Origin: Candidatus Latescibacterota bacterium
GTDB lineage: Bacteria > Latescibacterota > UBA2968
Direction of reading: 5' to 3'
Length of the DNA stretch: 47,490 nt
NCBI GenBank assembly: GCA_038279365.1
Contig: JAYODI010000020.1
Span: 19,956-67,445 of the forward strand
The notes beneath the pieces are model-generated. The model was not told the DNA's origin and made no database searches. It was given only the letters and a program-made list of their open reading frames with translations. The position numbers and the translations under genes were made by a program. Positions 28,370 to 36,496 of the stretch are shown here, in pieces (position 1 is the stretch's first letter; each line of letters begins with the position of its first letter).

Positions 28370-28594
28370 CTATGAATCCTTTGGGGCGGCTTTGATATTT
28401 GCTATATCTACACGTTTACGGGCGTGCTCAATCAAAATGTTGATAAGGCGGTCTTGGTTATCATAAGAGAATATGATGTCTGGATCTTCACCGTTGACAC
28501 CCTCATTTTTACCACCACCTGTGGCAGGAGTTGGCGAGATGTTTAGGCATTGGGTGTCTGTGTCTAGAGAGTAGGTGAAGTGTGATTTGTCTAT
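28370..28594 (-). pseudogene. DUF2283-like small protein with ATA at the start position
   Basis: AGAAAGGA RBS, then ATA-DKSHFTYSLDTDTQCLNI...DIIFSYDNQDRLINILIEHARKRVDI...TAG; no in-frame ATG, so absent from the ORF track. Confidence 0.55.
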
Positions 28595-28791
28595 ATAATC
28601 CTTTCTACTTGATCGTGTGGATTTGGAAATAAACCTTCGGATATTTCTTATAGCATTTCATTTTTTGTTAATTATATTGTCTGGACAAAATATAAACCAT
28701 GTTCATTTTATTCAATTATTTAAACTGAAATATTCTTTTGTGTAGCAGAAGCTGCAACAACTCCGATTTATATTGTTTCATAGGAGATTTT

Positions 28792-29038
28792 ATGAACCGA
28801 GATGAAACCCGATCTGAACGGCTCAAAACACTCGAAAACCTATGAAGATTTGCCCAACGGGGGCTGTGTGATGACGCTCACGGTGAGCCATACACTGGAG
28901 ATGAAGCCGTGGATTCGTGGGTGGGGTGCCGATTGTGAGGTGTTGGAGCCGGAGGACTTGAGGCAGGTGATTGCAAAGGAGATGATTGCGGCAGGGAAGG
29001 TGTATGAGTGCATAGAGGCTCAAGATGATTCTATGTGA
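28792..29038 (+). pseudogene. WYL-domain transcriptional regulator with a large internal deletion
   Basis: AGGAG + MNRDETRSERLKTLENL* joined out of frame to a WCX-type C-terminus (EMKPWIRGWGADCEVLEPEDLR); HTH and WYL core absent. Confidence 0.75.
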
Positions 29039-29363
29039 TATTGAGCCAACTTTTTAAGGATGCTGTGAGTTGTGTTTGATCTACTTGTGTGAGCTGTCCC
29101 ACTTTCTTAAGAATCAAATTTTGGTGAATTGTATATAGCCCGCGTTTAATCGCAGATGAGACATTAAGGCCAGATTGTTGCCAACTTTCAAGTACAAATT
29201 CACCTGCTAACAAATTTGTGGTTTGACTTGTGAGGGGTACAATAAAGACATCTTGTGAAGTGTGTGGCGTACTGACAATAATGGCTGGCCGTATTTTAGA
29301 TGCGCTTAAATCAGAAAAAGGATATTGGACAAGTACCACGTCATTCATTGAGTAATTGGGCAT
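29031..29363 (-). CDS. PemK/MazF-family toxin
   Basis: DVVLVQYPFSDLSASKIRPAIIVS, VPLTS, SGLNVSSAIK. Confidence 0.88.
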   Translation of the reverse strand: MPNYSMNDVVLVQYPFSDLSASKIRPAIIVSTPHTSQDVFIVPLTSQTTNLLAGEFVLESWQQSGLNVSSAIKRGLYTIHQNLILKKVGQLTQVDQTQLTASLKSWLNIT

Positions 29364-29541
29364 ACACATCGTCCTCTCTGTTGTCCCAGATTTTCTTAAG
29401 CGATTCTTGGCTGGCTTCTTGCCAAAATGTGTCATCATCAGATAGCATTGTGACCAACAGTTTGGTACCCTCAGGAAACAAAACGCGTTCTACGGTTTCA
29501 ATTTTACCATCTTTAACAACTGCCAATATTGTGTTTGCCAT
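29341..29541 (-). CDS. Cognate antitoxin (DUF104/AF2212-like N-terminus)
   Basis: MANTILAVVKDGKIE...PEGTKLLVT...FWQEASQESLKKIWDNREDDVYAQLL; overlaps the toxin start; GGGAG RBS. Confidence 0.75.
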   Translation of the reverse strand: MANTILAVVKDGKIETVERVLFPEGTKLLVTMLSDDDTFWQEASQESLKKIWDNREDDVYAQLLNE

Positions 29542-29667
29542 CTTAGAAACTCCCATTATGGGATGTGGGGTGCAAATCAAGGTAATCAATGTGCGTATGA
29601 CAAATATAGTAAGATTTATGTAGTGATGCAAAAGTTGAATCAAATATGATAATTGTGAAAGGCTAAT

Positions 29668-30029
29668 ATGGGCGAACAGCAAGTTGATAATTACCTGCGT
29701 TATTGGGGCAAGGCCGGTTATGGCACCGAGGCCATGACAATCCATCTATTGCCTTACCACTGTTTGGACGTTGCCGCCGTAGGCCAGGTTTTTTTGAGCC
29801 GAAACGATCGCTTAAGAAGAACGCTTGCCGAGTTATGTGGTTTAGAAGAACAGCTATTTGTCCCGTGTATGGTTTTCTTTGCCTGACGTAGACAGAGCAA
29901 TGTTGAAAATGGTTTCTTGGTGGTTAGGTGGATTCGCTGTTTTGTGTGATTGGATAGGTTCAAATATGGATTTTTTTACGGCCTGTGATACATCCATGCC
30001 ATTGGAAACATATTGGAAATTGTCATTGG
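29668..30029 (+). pseudogene. cas3: Type I-E cas3 HD-nuclease remnant (two out-of-frame fragments)
   Basis: RYWGKA...HLLPYHCLDVAAV stops just before the expected HDLGK motif; second fragment SWWLGGFAVLCDWIGSN...MPLETYW; helicase absent. Confidence 0.85.
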
Positions 30030-30119
30030 GTGTTCCCCACGAGTGTGGGGATGAACCGCGTAAGGCTTTGAACAAAGCTTGTACAGTGAAGTGATCCCCA
30101 CTGGTGTAGGGATTACCAA
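30030..30119 (+). CRISPR. Minimal type I-E CRISPR remnant: 29-bp repeat, 32-bp spacer, degenerate terminal repeat
   Basis: GTGTTCCCCACGAGTGTGGGGATGAACCG (30030-30058); spacer CGTAAGGCTTTGAACAAAGCTTGTACAGTGAA (30059-30090); GTGATCCCCACTGGTGTAGGGATTACCAA (30091-30119). Confidence 0.88.
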
Positions 30120-30233
30120 AGTCATTCCACTACAACAAGGATTGAATATTTAGGGTGAAAAATTGTGTATATTTTCTGTATGTGTGTTGTTTATGATTAC
30201 TGATGTGGTTTTGTAATCTCTGGAGGTGTTGTA

Positions 30234-30491
30234 ATGAAGCTTTTGGCCAAAGTGAAATTTGTTGGGGCGATGACGTTGTTGGCGGGAGGGGTGGGGTATT
30301 TGGTGAGTCGGTTTGGGGGGCAGATGAAGCAAAAGTTGAAAGAATCACAGAAAAAACGAGAACTCCAAGCCGAGTTGGCGGCTGTTTTGGGTGAAAAAGC
30401 GCGTATTGAAGAAGAACTGCGTCAGTTGGAAGCACCTGATGAAGGGGTGGGTGAGGCGGAGAACGAAGACGAAGATGTTACACCCTCATAA
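30234..30491 (+). CDS. Small membrane-anchored coiled-coil protein, unknown function
   Basis: GGAGG RBS; hydrophobic N-terminus, heptad-like middle, acidic tail. Confidence 0.6.
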   Translation: MKLLAKVKFVGAMTLLAGGVGYLVSRFGGQMKQKLKESQKKRELQAELAAVLGEKARIEEELRQLEAPDEGVGEAENEDEDVTPS

Positions 30492-30577
30492 GATTTTAGG
30501 CTTGTCGTTGTGGTAGGCGCGTTATATTTTGAGGGTATTGGATTTGTTTGTGTTTTAAAATTTACCATTTGTGAAAG

Positions 30578-31576
30578 GTGGTTCCTGTGGCCCATCCGGT
30601 GGCAACTGATTCTTATCGTTCTTTGCGAAACGACATTACCCAACTTTTAGAAGCGGGTAAAAACAGAGCCGAGCGTGCGCTTGAAGATGAACTGGTCAAA
30701 ACATATCATGCGGTAGGGAAAGAAATTAGTGCGCATTTGGATGGTATGGGAGATGCCTCAACTTATGGTGCGCAGTTGGTAGAACGGTTGGCCGCCGATG
30801 TGGGGTTGGGCATTCGGTTGTTGTATGATTGCATCCGTTTTTTTCGTCAGTTTCCAACATTGCCTACATCAACAGATTTAGGTTGGAGCCATTTGCGGGT
30901 GTTATTTATGTTGCCCACACCGGCTTTGCGAAATCAGTTTTTAAAAACCGCTGCCGAAGAAGGTTGGACGGTAAGAGAATTGCGCGATCAGGTTCAAAAG
31001 CAGGTCACCGTCGATCCCAAGCCTGTGCGTACGCCACGTGATCATTTGCCTCCTTTGCGTGGGCGTTTATATACCTACAAACGCAAAGAGGTCAATGGCG
31101 AGGCGCGTTTAGACTTGGGTTTTCACATCTCACGTGCGTGGCCCAAGGGTGTGTCTGAAGCACCTGTGGTACAATCCGTTTTAACCGATTCGGGTTTTTC
31201 GCTTGAACCCACGCAAGGTCGGCGCGATACTTTTTATACGTATCGGGCCACTTTACAGCGTGTGATTGATGGCGATACGTTGTGGGTCAATTTTGATTGT
31301 GGGTTTGATACGTGGATTGATCAAAAGGTGCGTTTGCGTGGCATTGATGCGCCCGAAATGGACACACCCGAAGGACAACGTGCACGCCGTTTTGTAGAAA
31401 GCGCTTTGCGCAAGTGCCCCGTGTTGGCCATTACAACCACCAAGCCCGATAAATATGATCGCTATTTGGCAGATGTGTTTTATTTGGCCGATGAAAAAAA
31501 TGTGGATGTGGTGTTGGAGCAAGGGCTGTTTCTCAACCGCGAATTGATTGAGGTGGGCTTGGCAAAGCGCGTGTAG
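30578..31576 (+). CDS. DUF1016 (YhcG) N-terminal domain fused to a thermonuclease (SNase) domain
   Basis: YHAVGKEI, YGAQLVERLA.D, LGWSH, EGWTVRELRDQV; then RVIDGDT, VRLRGIDAPE, DKYDRYLA, LNRELIEVGLA. Confidence 0.85.
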   Translation: MVPVAHPVATDSYRSLRNDITQLLEAGKNRAERALEDELVKTYHAVGKEISAHLDGMGDASTYGAQLVERLAADVGLGIRLLYDCIRFFRQFPTLPTSTDLGWSHLRVLFMLPTPALRNQFLKTAAEEGWTVRELRDQVQKQVTVDPKPVRTPRDHLPPLRGRLYTYKRKEVNGEARLDLGFHISRAWPKGVSEAPVVQSVLTDSGFSLEPTQGRRDTFYTYRATLQRVIDGDTLWVNFDCGFDTWIDQKVRLRGIDAPEMDTPEGQRARRFVESALRKCPVLAITTTKPDKYDRYLADVFYLADEKNVDVVLEQGLFLNRELIEVGLAKRV

Positions 31577-31578
31577 AG

Positions 31579-31956
31579 ATGGGAATCATACAAGAGGAAC
31601 ACTGTGAGATGCCAGAGAATAATTTAGCACTAACGTCAGATGAGAAAGTATGGTTAGATGCTTATAAATGTGCCATTCGGGAGCAGTTTCCCGAATTGAT
31701 TGAGGATCTTATTGTATTTGGCTCAAAAGCGCGTGGTACTGCAACCGAAGATTCTGACTTGGATATGGTTGTGATTATTCGAGAAGGTGATTGGAGGGTA
31801 AAACAAGCCGTTTCTGATGCGGGTTACGCGTTGGCCATTGGGACACAGGTGGTTCCTTCGCTTGTTGTATTTACAAAAGATGAATGGGATTTGCGCATGA
31901 AAGAAGAAGCACCATTTTGGCAGACGATTTATCGCGATGGAGTGACGGTAGCGTGA
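31579..31956 (+). CDS. Minimal nucleotidyltransferase (MNT) antitoxin
   Basis: VFGSKARGTATEDSDLD; ATG 31609 is an alternative start. Confidence 0.88.
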   Translation: MGIIQEEHCEMPENNLALTSDEKVWLDAYKCAIREQFPELIEDLIVFGSKARGTATEDSDLDMVVIIREGDWRVKQAVSDAGYALAIGTQVVPSLVVFTKDEWDLRMKEEAPFWQTIYRDGVTVA

Positions 31957-32354
31957 AGCCCAAACATATTACGCAGGAATTTAGCCGTGCGCTAAAATCA
32001 CTACAGGCTGCCAAAATCCTGATCGCAGAAGATTTGATAGAAGATGCGATTTCAAGAAGTTATTACGCGGTTATGCATGCTGCTCGGGCCGCATTGCTCT
32101 TTCACGATGTGATAGCTGAGTCACACACAGCATTACGCCGACTGTTTGGTTTAGAGTTGATTAAACCAGAGCGATTAGAAAAAGAGTGGGCCGCGATATT
32201 ATCACGCGAGCAGACACAGCGGTCGATTGCAGATTATGATGTAGAAGTGGTTTGGAATCGTGAAATCGCCAGTGATTTGATTGACGATGCACACTTATTT
32301 GTTGAACGTATTCGTGTTTATTTGACGGTAGAAGGTGTTTCACTTGATGCGTGA
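31953..32354 (+). CDS. HEPN-domain protein (UPF0332-like)
   Basis: DAISRSYYAVMHAARA, SH, R..ADYD, A..FVERI; GTGA overlap with the MNT stop. Confidence 0.88.
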   Translation: MKPKHITQEFSRALKSLQAAKILIAEDLIEDAISRSYYAVMHAARAALLFHDVIAESHTALRRLFGLELIKPERLEKEWAAILSREQTQRSIADYDVEVVWNREIASDLIDDAHLFVERIRVYLTVEGVSLDA

Positions 32355-32372
32355 TGGGGCTATATGTCTAAT

Positions 32373-34301
32373 TTATCGAATGCCTGCGGTGATGTTTGGG
32401 GCTTGCGCAGAGCCGCCAATGTTGATGCGCACGGGAATGGCGTGTTGGCCTAAGAGTGCACCCAAGTTGAACCCACCAAATTGAATGCGCGACGAGGGCA
32501 CGTCGATGTCTAAGGTGTAGTTGAGCAGCCCATCTAATTCACCAGTGCCAGTGATACGGCAGGGCATCTGGGCGGCGGTGAGTTGGGTGCCGTTGAGGGC
32601 GAGGGTATTGCCCGTGAGGGTGAAGGCCACGGTGGCATTTTGCAGGGGTACTTCATCGGCGGTTAAAAGACCCAATTGCTCAACGCTTTTGAGGTTGTTT
32701 TGCAACACCCCCCATTTGATGAGTTTGCCCGCTTGCATACTGACTCTGCCATTGGCTTTTGTTGTGCTGGGCAATAAGGCAAATGTGCTGTCAAATGCGG
32801 TGGTCACTTGCGTGGTGAGTGTGAGGTTGCCGTAGAGCGGAATTTTCCATCCAAGGGTTTGATTGAGCAATGGGTGGGCATGGGCATTGAAAAGTGAGAG
32901 GTTGCTTTCAAGATAGGCGCCCTGTTCATTTGTGGTGAGTTGTAAATTGCTGTTGAGTGCGCCGTTGTGTGTTTGACCCATAATGGGTTTGATGTTTAAG
33001 GTGCCGTTTTTGGTTTGTATGGTGGCTTTTAAGTTTTTTATCCAAGTGTTGTGAATTCGCAGAGAATCTGCACGAATTGATCCGTCCATATCCAGGTGAT
33101 TGAAAAAGGATATAAGGGCGGATTTTTTTTTGTTTGTTGTCGCATGTACTGGTGAAACGATGCCCCATTGGGCCTGCGCGACTTTTGATGGGGCTAAAAA
33201 GCCATCGAGGTCTATGGTGTGTGAATGCAACGCAAATGAAAGGTGTGGGTTTTGGTAAAGGTTCGATAAAACCCCTGCCAAGGTGATATCGGTGAGGCCC
33301 GATTGAAATTTGAGGGCGTGCAGGCGCACGCTTTTGGCATCTGTGGAGAGCGAGAGTTCTCCGTTGATGATGGGGGTTTTGAGTGTGTTGGGTGCCGATA
33401 GGGCGAGGTCTGTGGCTTTGAGCTGGCCTTTAATGTTGGGAGGCCAAGAGCCTGTGATGTGTAGGTCGAGTTGGCCGTTGCCCGAGAGTGTGGCTTGTGA
33501 GGTGAGAAGGGCTTGATTGATGAGATAATTTTTGAGATGATCAAAGTCAAGAGATTCGTTTTGTGTGTGTAAGTCTGTTTCGAGTGTTTGCCAATTGATA
33601 TGCCCCGATAGGTTGATGATTGTTGGACCAATATCAATGGCGAATTGATCCACAGCCATATTGGGTGTTTTAGGTGTGTAGGTGAGTTGAAGGGCCACAT
33701 TGAATGAGGGGATGTAGATACTGTCTGTTTTTGTGTGGGTTGTGATGTTTTGGATTTTTGTATCACCTGTGAGGGTGATGCCTTTTGTGTTTGGGGCTGC
33801 TAAAATGTTGGCGTTTTGGATGTGTAGGGTGGTTTTTTGTGCGATCTGTTGGTTGTGATGTGTGATGGTGGTGTGTGTGAGTTGGAGTTGGTTGATGGGC
33901 AAGCGTATTTTGGCCTGCATCAGGTCTTGGATGTTGTACGTGCCTTGGCGATTGCGCGTGAGCATGAGGTGGCTGCTTTGGAGGTGGAGTGCGCCAATTC
34001 TGTTTTTGCCCATGAGAAAGGCGATGGGCGAGATGACCATGTCGGCTTTTTGAGCTTGTATGAAGGGTTGTTTGGAAAATGTTTGATGGTCTTGGATGAT
34101 GAGGTCGTCTAAGGTGATGCGGGGTTCTAAGCCGTAGCGGAGTTGGGCATTTTGAAAAGAAACTTGGCGCTGAAGGGTGTTTTGAAGATAGGGTTGGATC
34201 AGTGCATGTAAACGTGTGGGTGAAAAATAAAAGTGTAGGCCTATCAGGCCGATGCCTATGAGCAGTACAATGGCGACGAGTATGCGATAAACATATTTCA
34301 T
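32373..34301 (-). CDS. AsmA-family protein
   Basis: N-terminal TM anchor, LQRQVSF, LTRNRQGTYNIQDL, IDLDGFL, C-terminal IPVRINIGGSAQAPNI. Confidence 0.75.
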   Translation of the reverse strand: MKYVYRILVAIVLLIGIGLIGLHFYFSPTRLHALIQPYLQNTLQRQVSFQNAQLRYGLEPRITLDDLIIQDHQTFSKQPFIQAQKADMVISPIAFLMGKNRIGALHLQSSHLMLTRNRQGTYNIQDLMQAKIRLPINQLQLTHTTITHHNQQIAQKTTLHIQNANILAAPNTKGITLTGDTKIQNITTHTKTDSIYIPSFNVALQLTYTPKTPNMAVDQFAIDIGPTIINLSGHINWQTLETDLHTQNESLDFDHLKNYLINQALLTSQATLSGNGQLDLHITGSWPPNIKGQLKATDLALSAPNTLKTPIINGELSLSTDAKSVRLHALKFQSGLTDITLAGVLSNLYQNPHLSFALHSHTIDLDGFLAPSKVAQAQWGIVSPVHATTNKKKSALISFFNHLDMDGSIRADSLRIHNTWIKNLKATIQTKNGTLNIKPIMGQTHNGALNSNLQLTTNEQGAYLESNLSLFNAHAHPLLNQTLGWKIPLYGNLTLTTQVTTAFDSTFALLPSTTKANGRVSMQAGKLIKWGVLQNNLKSVEQLGLLTADEVPLQNATVAFTLTGNTLALNGTQLTAAQMPCRITGTGELDGLLNYTLDIDVPSSRIQFGGFNLGALLGQHAIPVRINIGGSAQAPNITAGIR

Positions 34302-34349
34302 GGGTTCTTTGGTTGAATGAATACGTCAAGCTCAGGCACGTGGACAATC

Positions 34350-34436
34350 GGGAGAGGGAAGAAGATAAAAGGAAGAAGACAAAAGAGAACAGACGGTCGT
34401 TTCTTTTTCCATCTCTCTTCTTCCTTCTTTCTCCTG
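34350..34436. repeat. Purine-arm/pyrimidine-arm imperfect palindrome
   Basis: ggagagggaagaagataaaaggaagaagac ... gtttctttttccatctctcttcttccttctttctcc. Confidence 0.5.
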
Positions 34437-34456
34437 ATCAGGTTATCTAAGTGGTC

Positions 34457-35308
34457 CTACGGGTTTGTTTTTGGCTTTTTGCCTGCAAGCGTGCGTGCTT
34501 TTATTTCATTGAAGCGATCAGAGGTAATGCGTAGACCTTTTGTGTTGGGCAGTTTGTTGATTTCTTGGCGCACAAAGTTGATGCGCTCTTGTGTGGGCGG
34601 GTGCGTGGTAAACCACACGGCAATGCCTTCGGGTTGGTTTTCGTGCAAGGCGAGTAGCTTTTCAAAAAACTTGGCCACACCTTCGGGGTGTATACCGGCC
34701 TTGGATGTAAACTGCACGGCGTATGCATCGGATTCTTGTTCGGCAAGGCGACCGTATTTGAGCAAGGTGAGGCCCGCGCCAAAGGAGGCAAACTGACTGG
34801 CAATATCTCGGGCCAAAGATGAATTTTCATCACTGCCTGCAACCAGTTCGACCAACACGGCCAAACCATATTGCTTGGAAATTTGGCGCGCTCCGTGGTG
34901 GCCTACCACGTGGCCAATTTCGTGGCCAATTACGCCGGCCAGTTCCGATTCGGTTTCGGCAGTTTCAATGAGACCTCGGTTGACATACAAATAGCCTCCC
35001 GGCAAAGCAAAGGCATTGACATCATCTGTGTCGACAACATTGAAATGATAGTCAAACATGGTAAGGTTTGAAGCTTTGACCATGGCCTGCCCCAAACTGT
35101 CGATGTAGGACACCACTGTGGCATCTTGCAACATCGGCATCTCTTTTTCAACTTCCTTAGCCGCCTGCATCCCAATACCCACCTCATCTTGTGGCGTTAG
35201 CAAGTTGAGTTGATTCACCGCCGCACATGAAAATGTGAACATCATTGCGATAACAACCAACCCGATTTTTGCTGTTCTTAAACTGAGTTTTTCACCTGTT
35301 TTCATCAT
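34457..35308 (-). CDS. M48-family zinc metalloprotease, probable lipoprotein
   Basis: FTFSC lipobox-like motif, VNAFALPGG, HEIGH, EQESD, THPP..ERI. Confidence 0.9.
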   Translation of the reverse strand: MMKTGEKLSLRTAKIGLVVIAMMFTFSCAAVNQLNLLTPQDEVGIGMQAAKEVEKEMPMLQDATVVSYIDSLGQAMVKASNLTMFDYHFNVVDTDDVNAFALPGGYLYVNRGLIETAETESELAGVIGHEIGHVVGHHGARQISKQYGLAVLVELVAGSDENSSLARDIASQFASFGAGLTLLKYGRLAEQESDAYAVQFTSKAGIHPEGVAKFFEKLLALHENQPEGIAVWFTTHPPTQERINFVRQEINKLPNTKGLRITSDRFNEIKARTLAGKKPKTNP

Positions 35309-35545
35309 TCCCTCATCCATTCACCAAAAGCCCTCGCGCACAGCGCACGGTTCCCATTGGTAGAAACGTTTTTTAAAACACGGTGCCTCGTAGGCCACAT
35401 TTATTTATAAAAACACAAACGGTATTTGCGCTGTGCCAACCACCACGGTTAGTGGCGACTTTTGCTTACTTTGGGTCGTTCAAAAGTAAGGCGCCGCAGG
35501 CATAAGCAAAAACAATAAAAGTATCTCCCAAACGTATTTCTACGC

Positions 35546-36496
35546 TTACCCTACCCTGTTAAGATTGTTATTGAAAACCGCACTGTTCTTGGGAGGCTCT
35601 AACCGAACCGTCAGCACCCCCGCCACGAGTTCTCCATATCCCCCTATGGGGATGACCCGCCTTTTTTTTTGATGCCCATAGGGCAAATTTGTATATACCG
35701 GACAGGTAACACGCTGAGCAAAATCCGCCAACACATCTTGCAGAGTGCCTTCTTCTGGTTTGTCGGGGGTACAATTTTCAAATTGCCCAAACAGAACACC
35801 TGCGGCGTGGTCAAAGACACCTGCCATAATCAGTTGGTTGAGCATTCTGTCGATGCGATAAGGCGGTTCGCTGATGTCTTCGAGAAAAATAATCGCATTT
35901 GTCATATCGGGCAAATACGTTGTGCCCACCAATGAGGTGACCAAAGACAAACACCCGCCCATGAGTGGGCCCGACATGTTGCCTGCGCGAATGGGTGTGA
36001 GGCTTTCAATGGGTTCAAACGCATGATCACACAATGCGTTCCAAACTGATTTTTCTGTGAGGGGGTCGATGCCATTGGGTGTGATGTCGGAACACAAAGC
36101 CAAGCCTGAAAAAGAGACCAAACCTGTTTTGGCCAATATGCCCAATTGTAAGGCGGTGGTGTCACTAAGGCCAATAAGCGGTTTGGGGTTTTGGGCAATG
36201 GTTTCCCAATTGAGCAGGTGGAGCAAACGGGCAGAACCGTATCCGCCGCGCGACACAAAGATGGCGTGAATAGTGGGGTCGGCAAACATGGTGTTGATGT
36301 CGTGTGCACGTTGTTCATCGGTGCCAGCCAAATAGCGATTTTGGGCATAAAGCGATTGGCCTTCGCCAATTTGGAACCCTTGGCTTTGCAGATAGGCCAG
36401 TGCAGGTTGTAAACGCGTGGCAGGAAAAGACCCCGAGGGCGAAACGATGCCCAGTTTGTTATGCGGTTTTAATTTGGGTGGAATTAGGAGAGGCAC
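35546..36496 (-). CDS. ldcA: LD-carboxypeptidase (peptidase S66)
   Basis: VSPSG, YLAGTDEQRA, RGGYG, GLSDTT (Ser), FLED (Glu), PYGH (His). Confidence 0.9.
   Translation of the reverse strand: MPLLIPPKLKPHNKLGIVSPSGSFPATRLQPALAYLQSQGFQIGEGQSLYAQNRYLAGTDEQRAHDINTMFADPTIHAIFVSRGGYGSARLLHLLNWETIAQNPKPLIGLSDTTALQLGILAKTGLVSFSGLALCSDITPNGIDPLTEKSVWNALCDHAFEPIESLTPIRAGNMSGPLMGGCLSLVTSLVGTTYLPDMTNAIIFLEDISEPPYRIDRMLNQLIMAGVFDHAAGVLFGQFENCTPDKPEEGTLQDVLADFAQRVTCPVYTNLPYGHQKKRRVIPIGGYGELVAGVLTVRLEPPKNSAVFNNNLNRVG

Noticed and set aside
29858-30094. 78-aa ORF as a real gene
   Set aside because: It is the second cas3 fragment reading by chance through the CRISPR repeat and spacer.
28183-32372. Island as a prophage, ICE or transposon
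   Set aside because: No integrase, transposase, phage gene, tRNA or flanking direct repeat seen.
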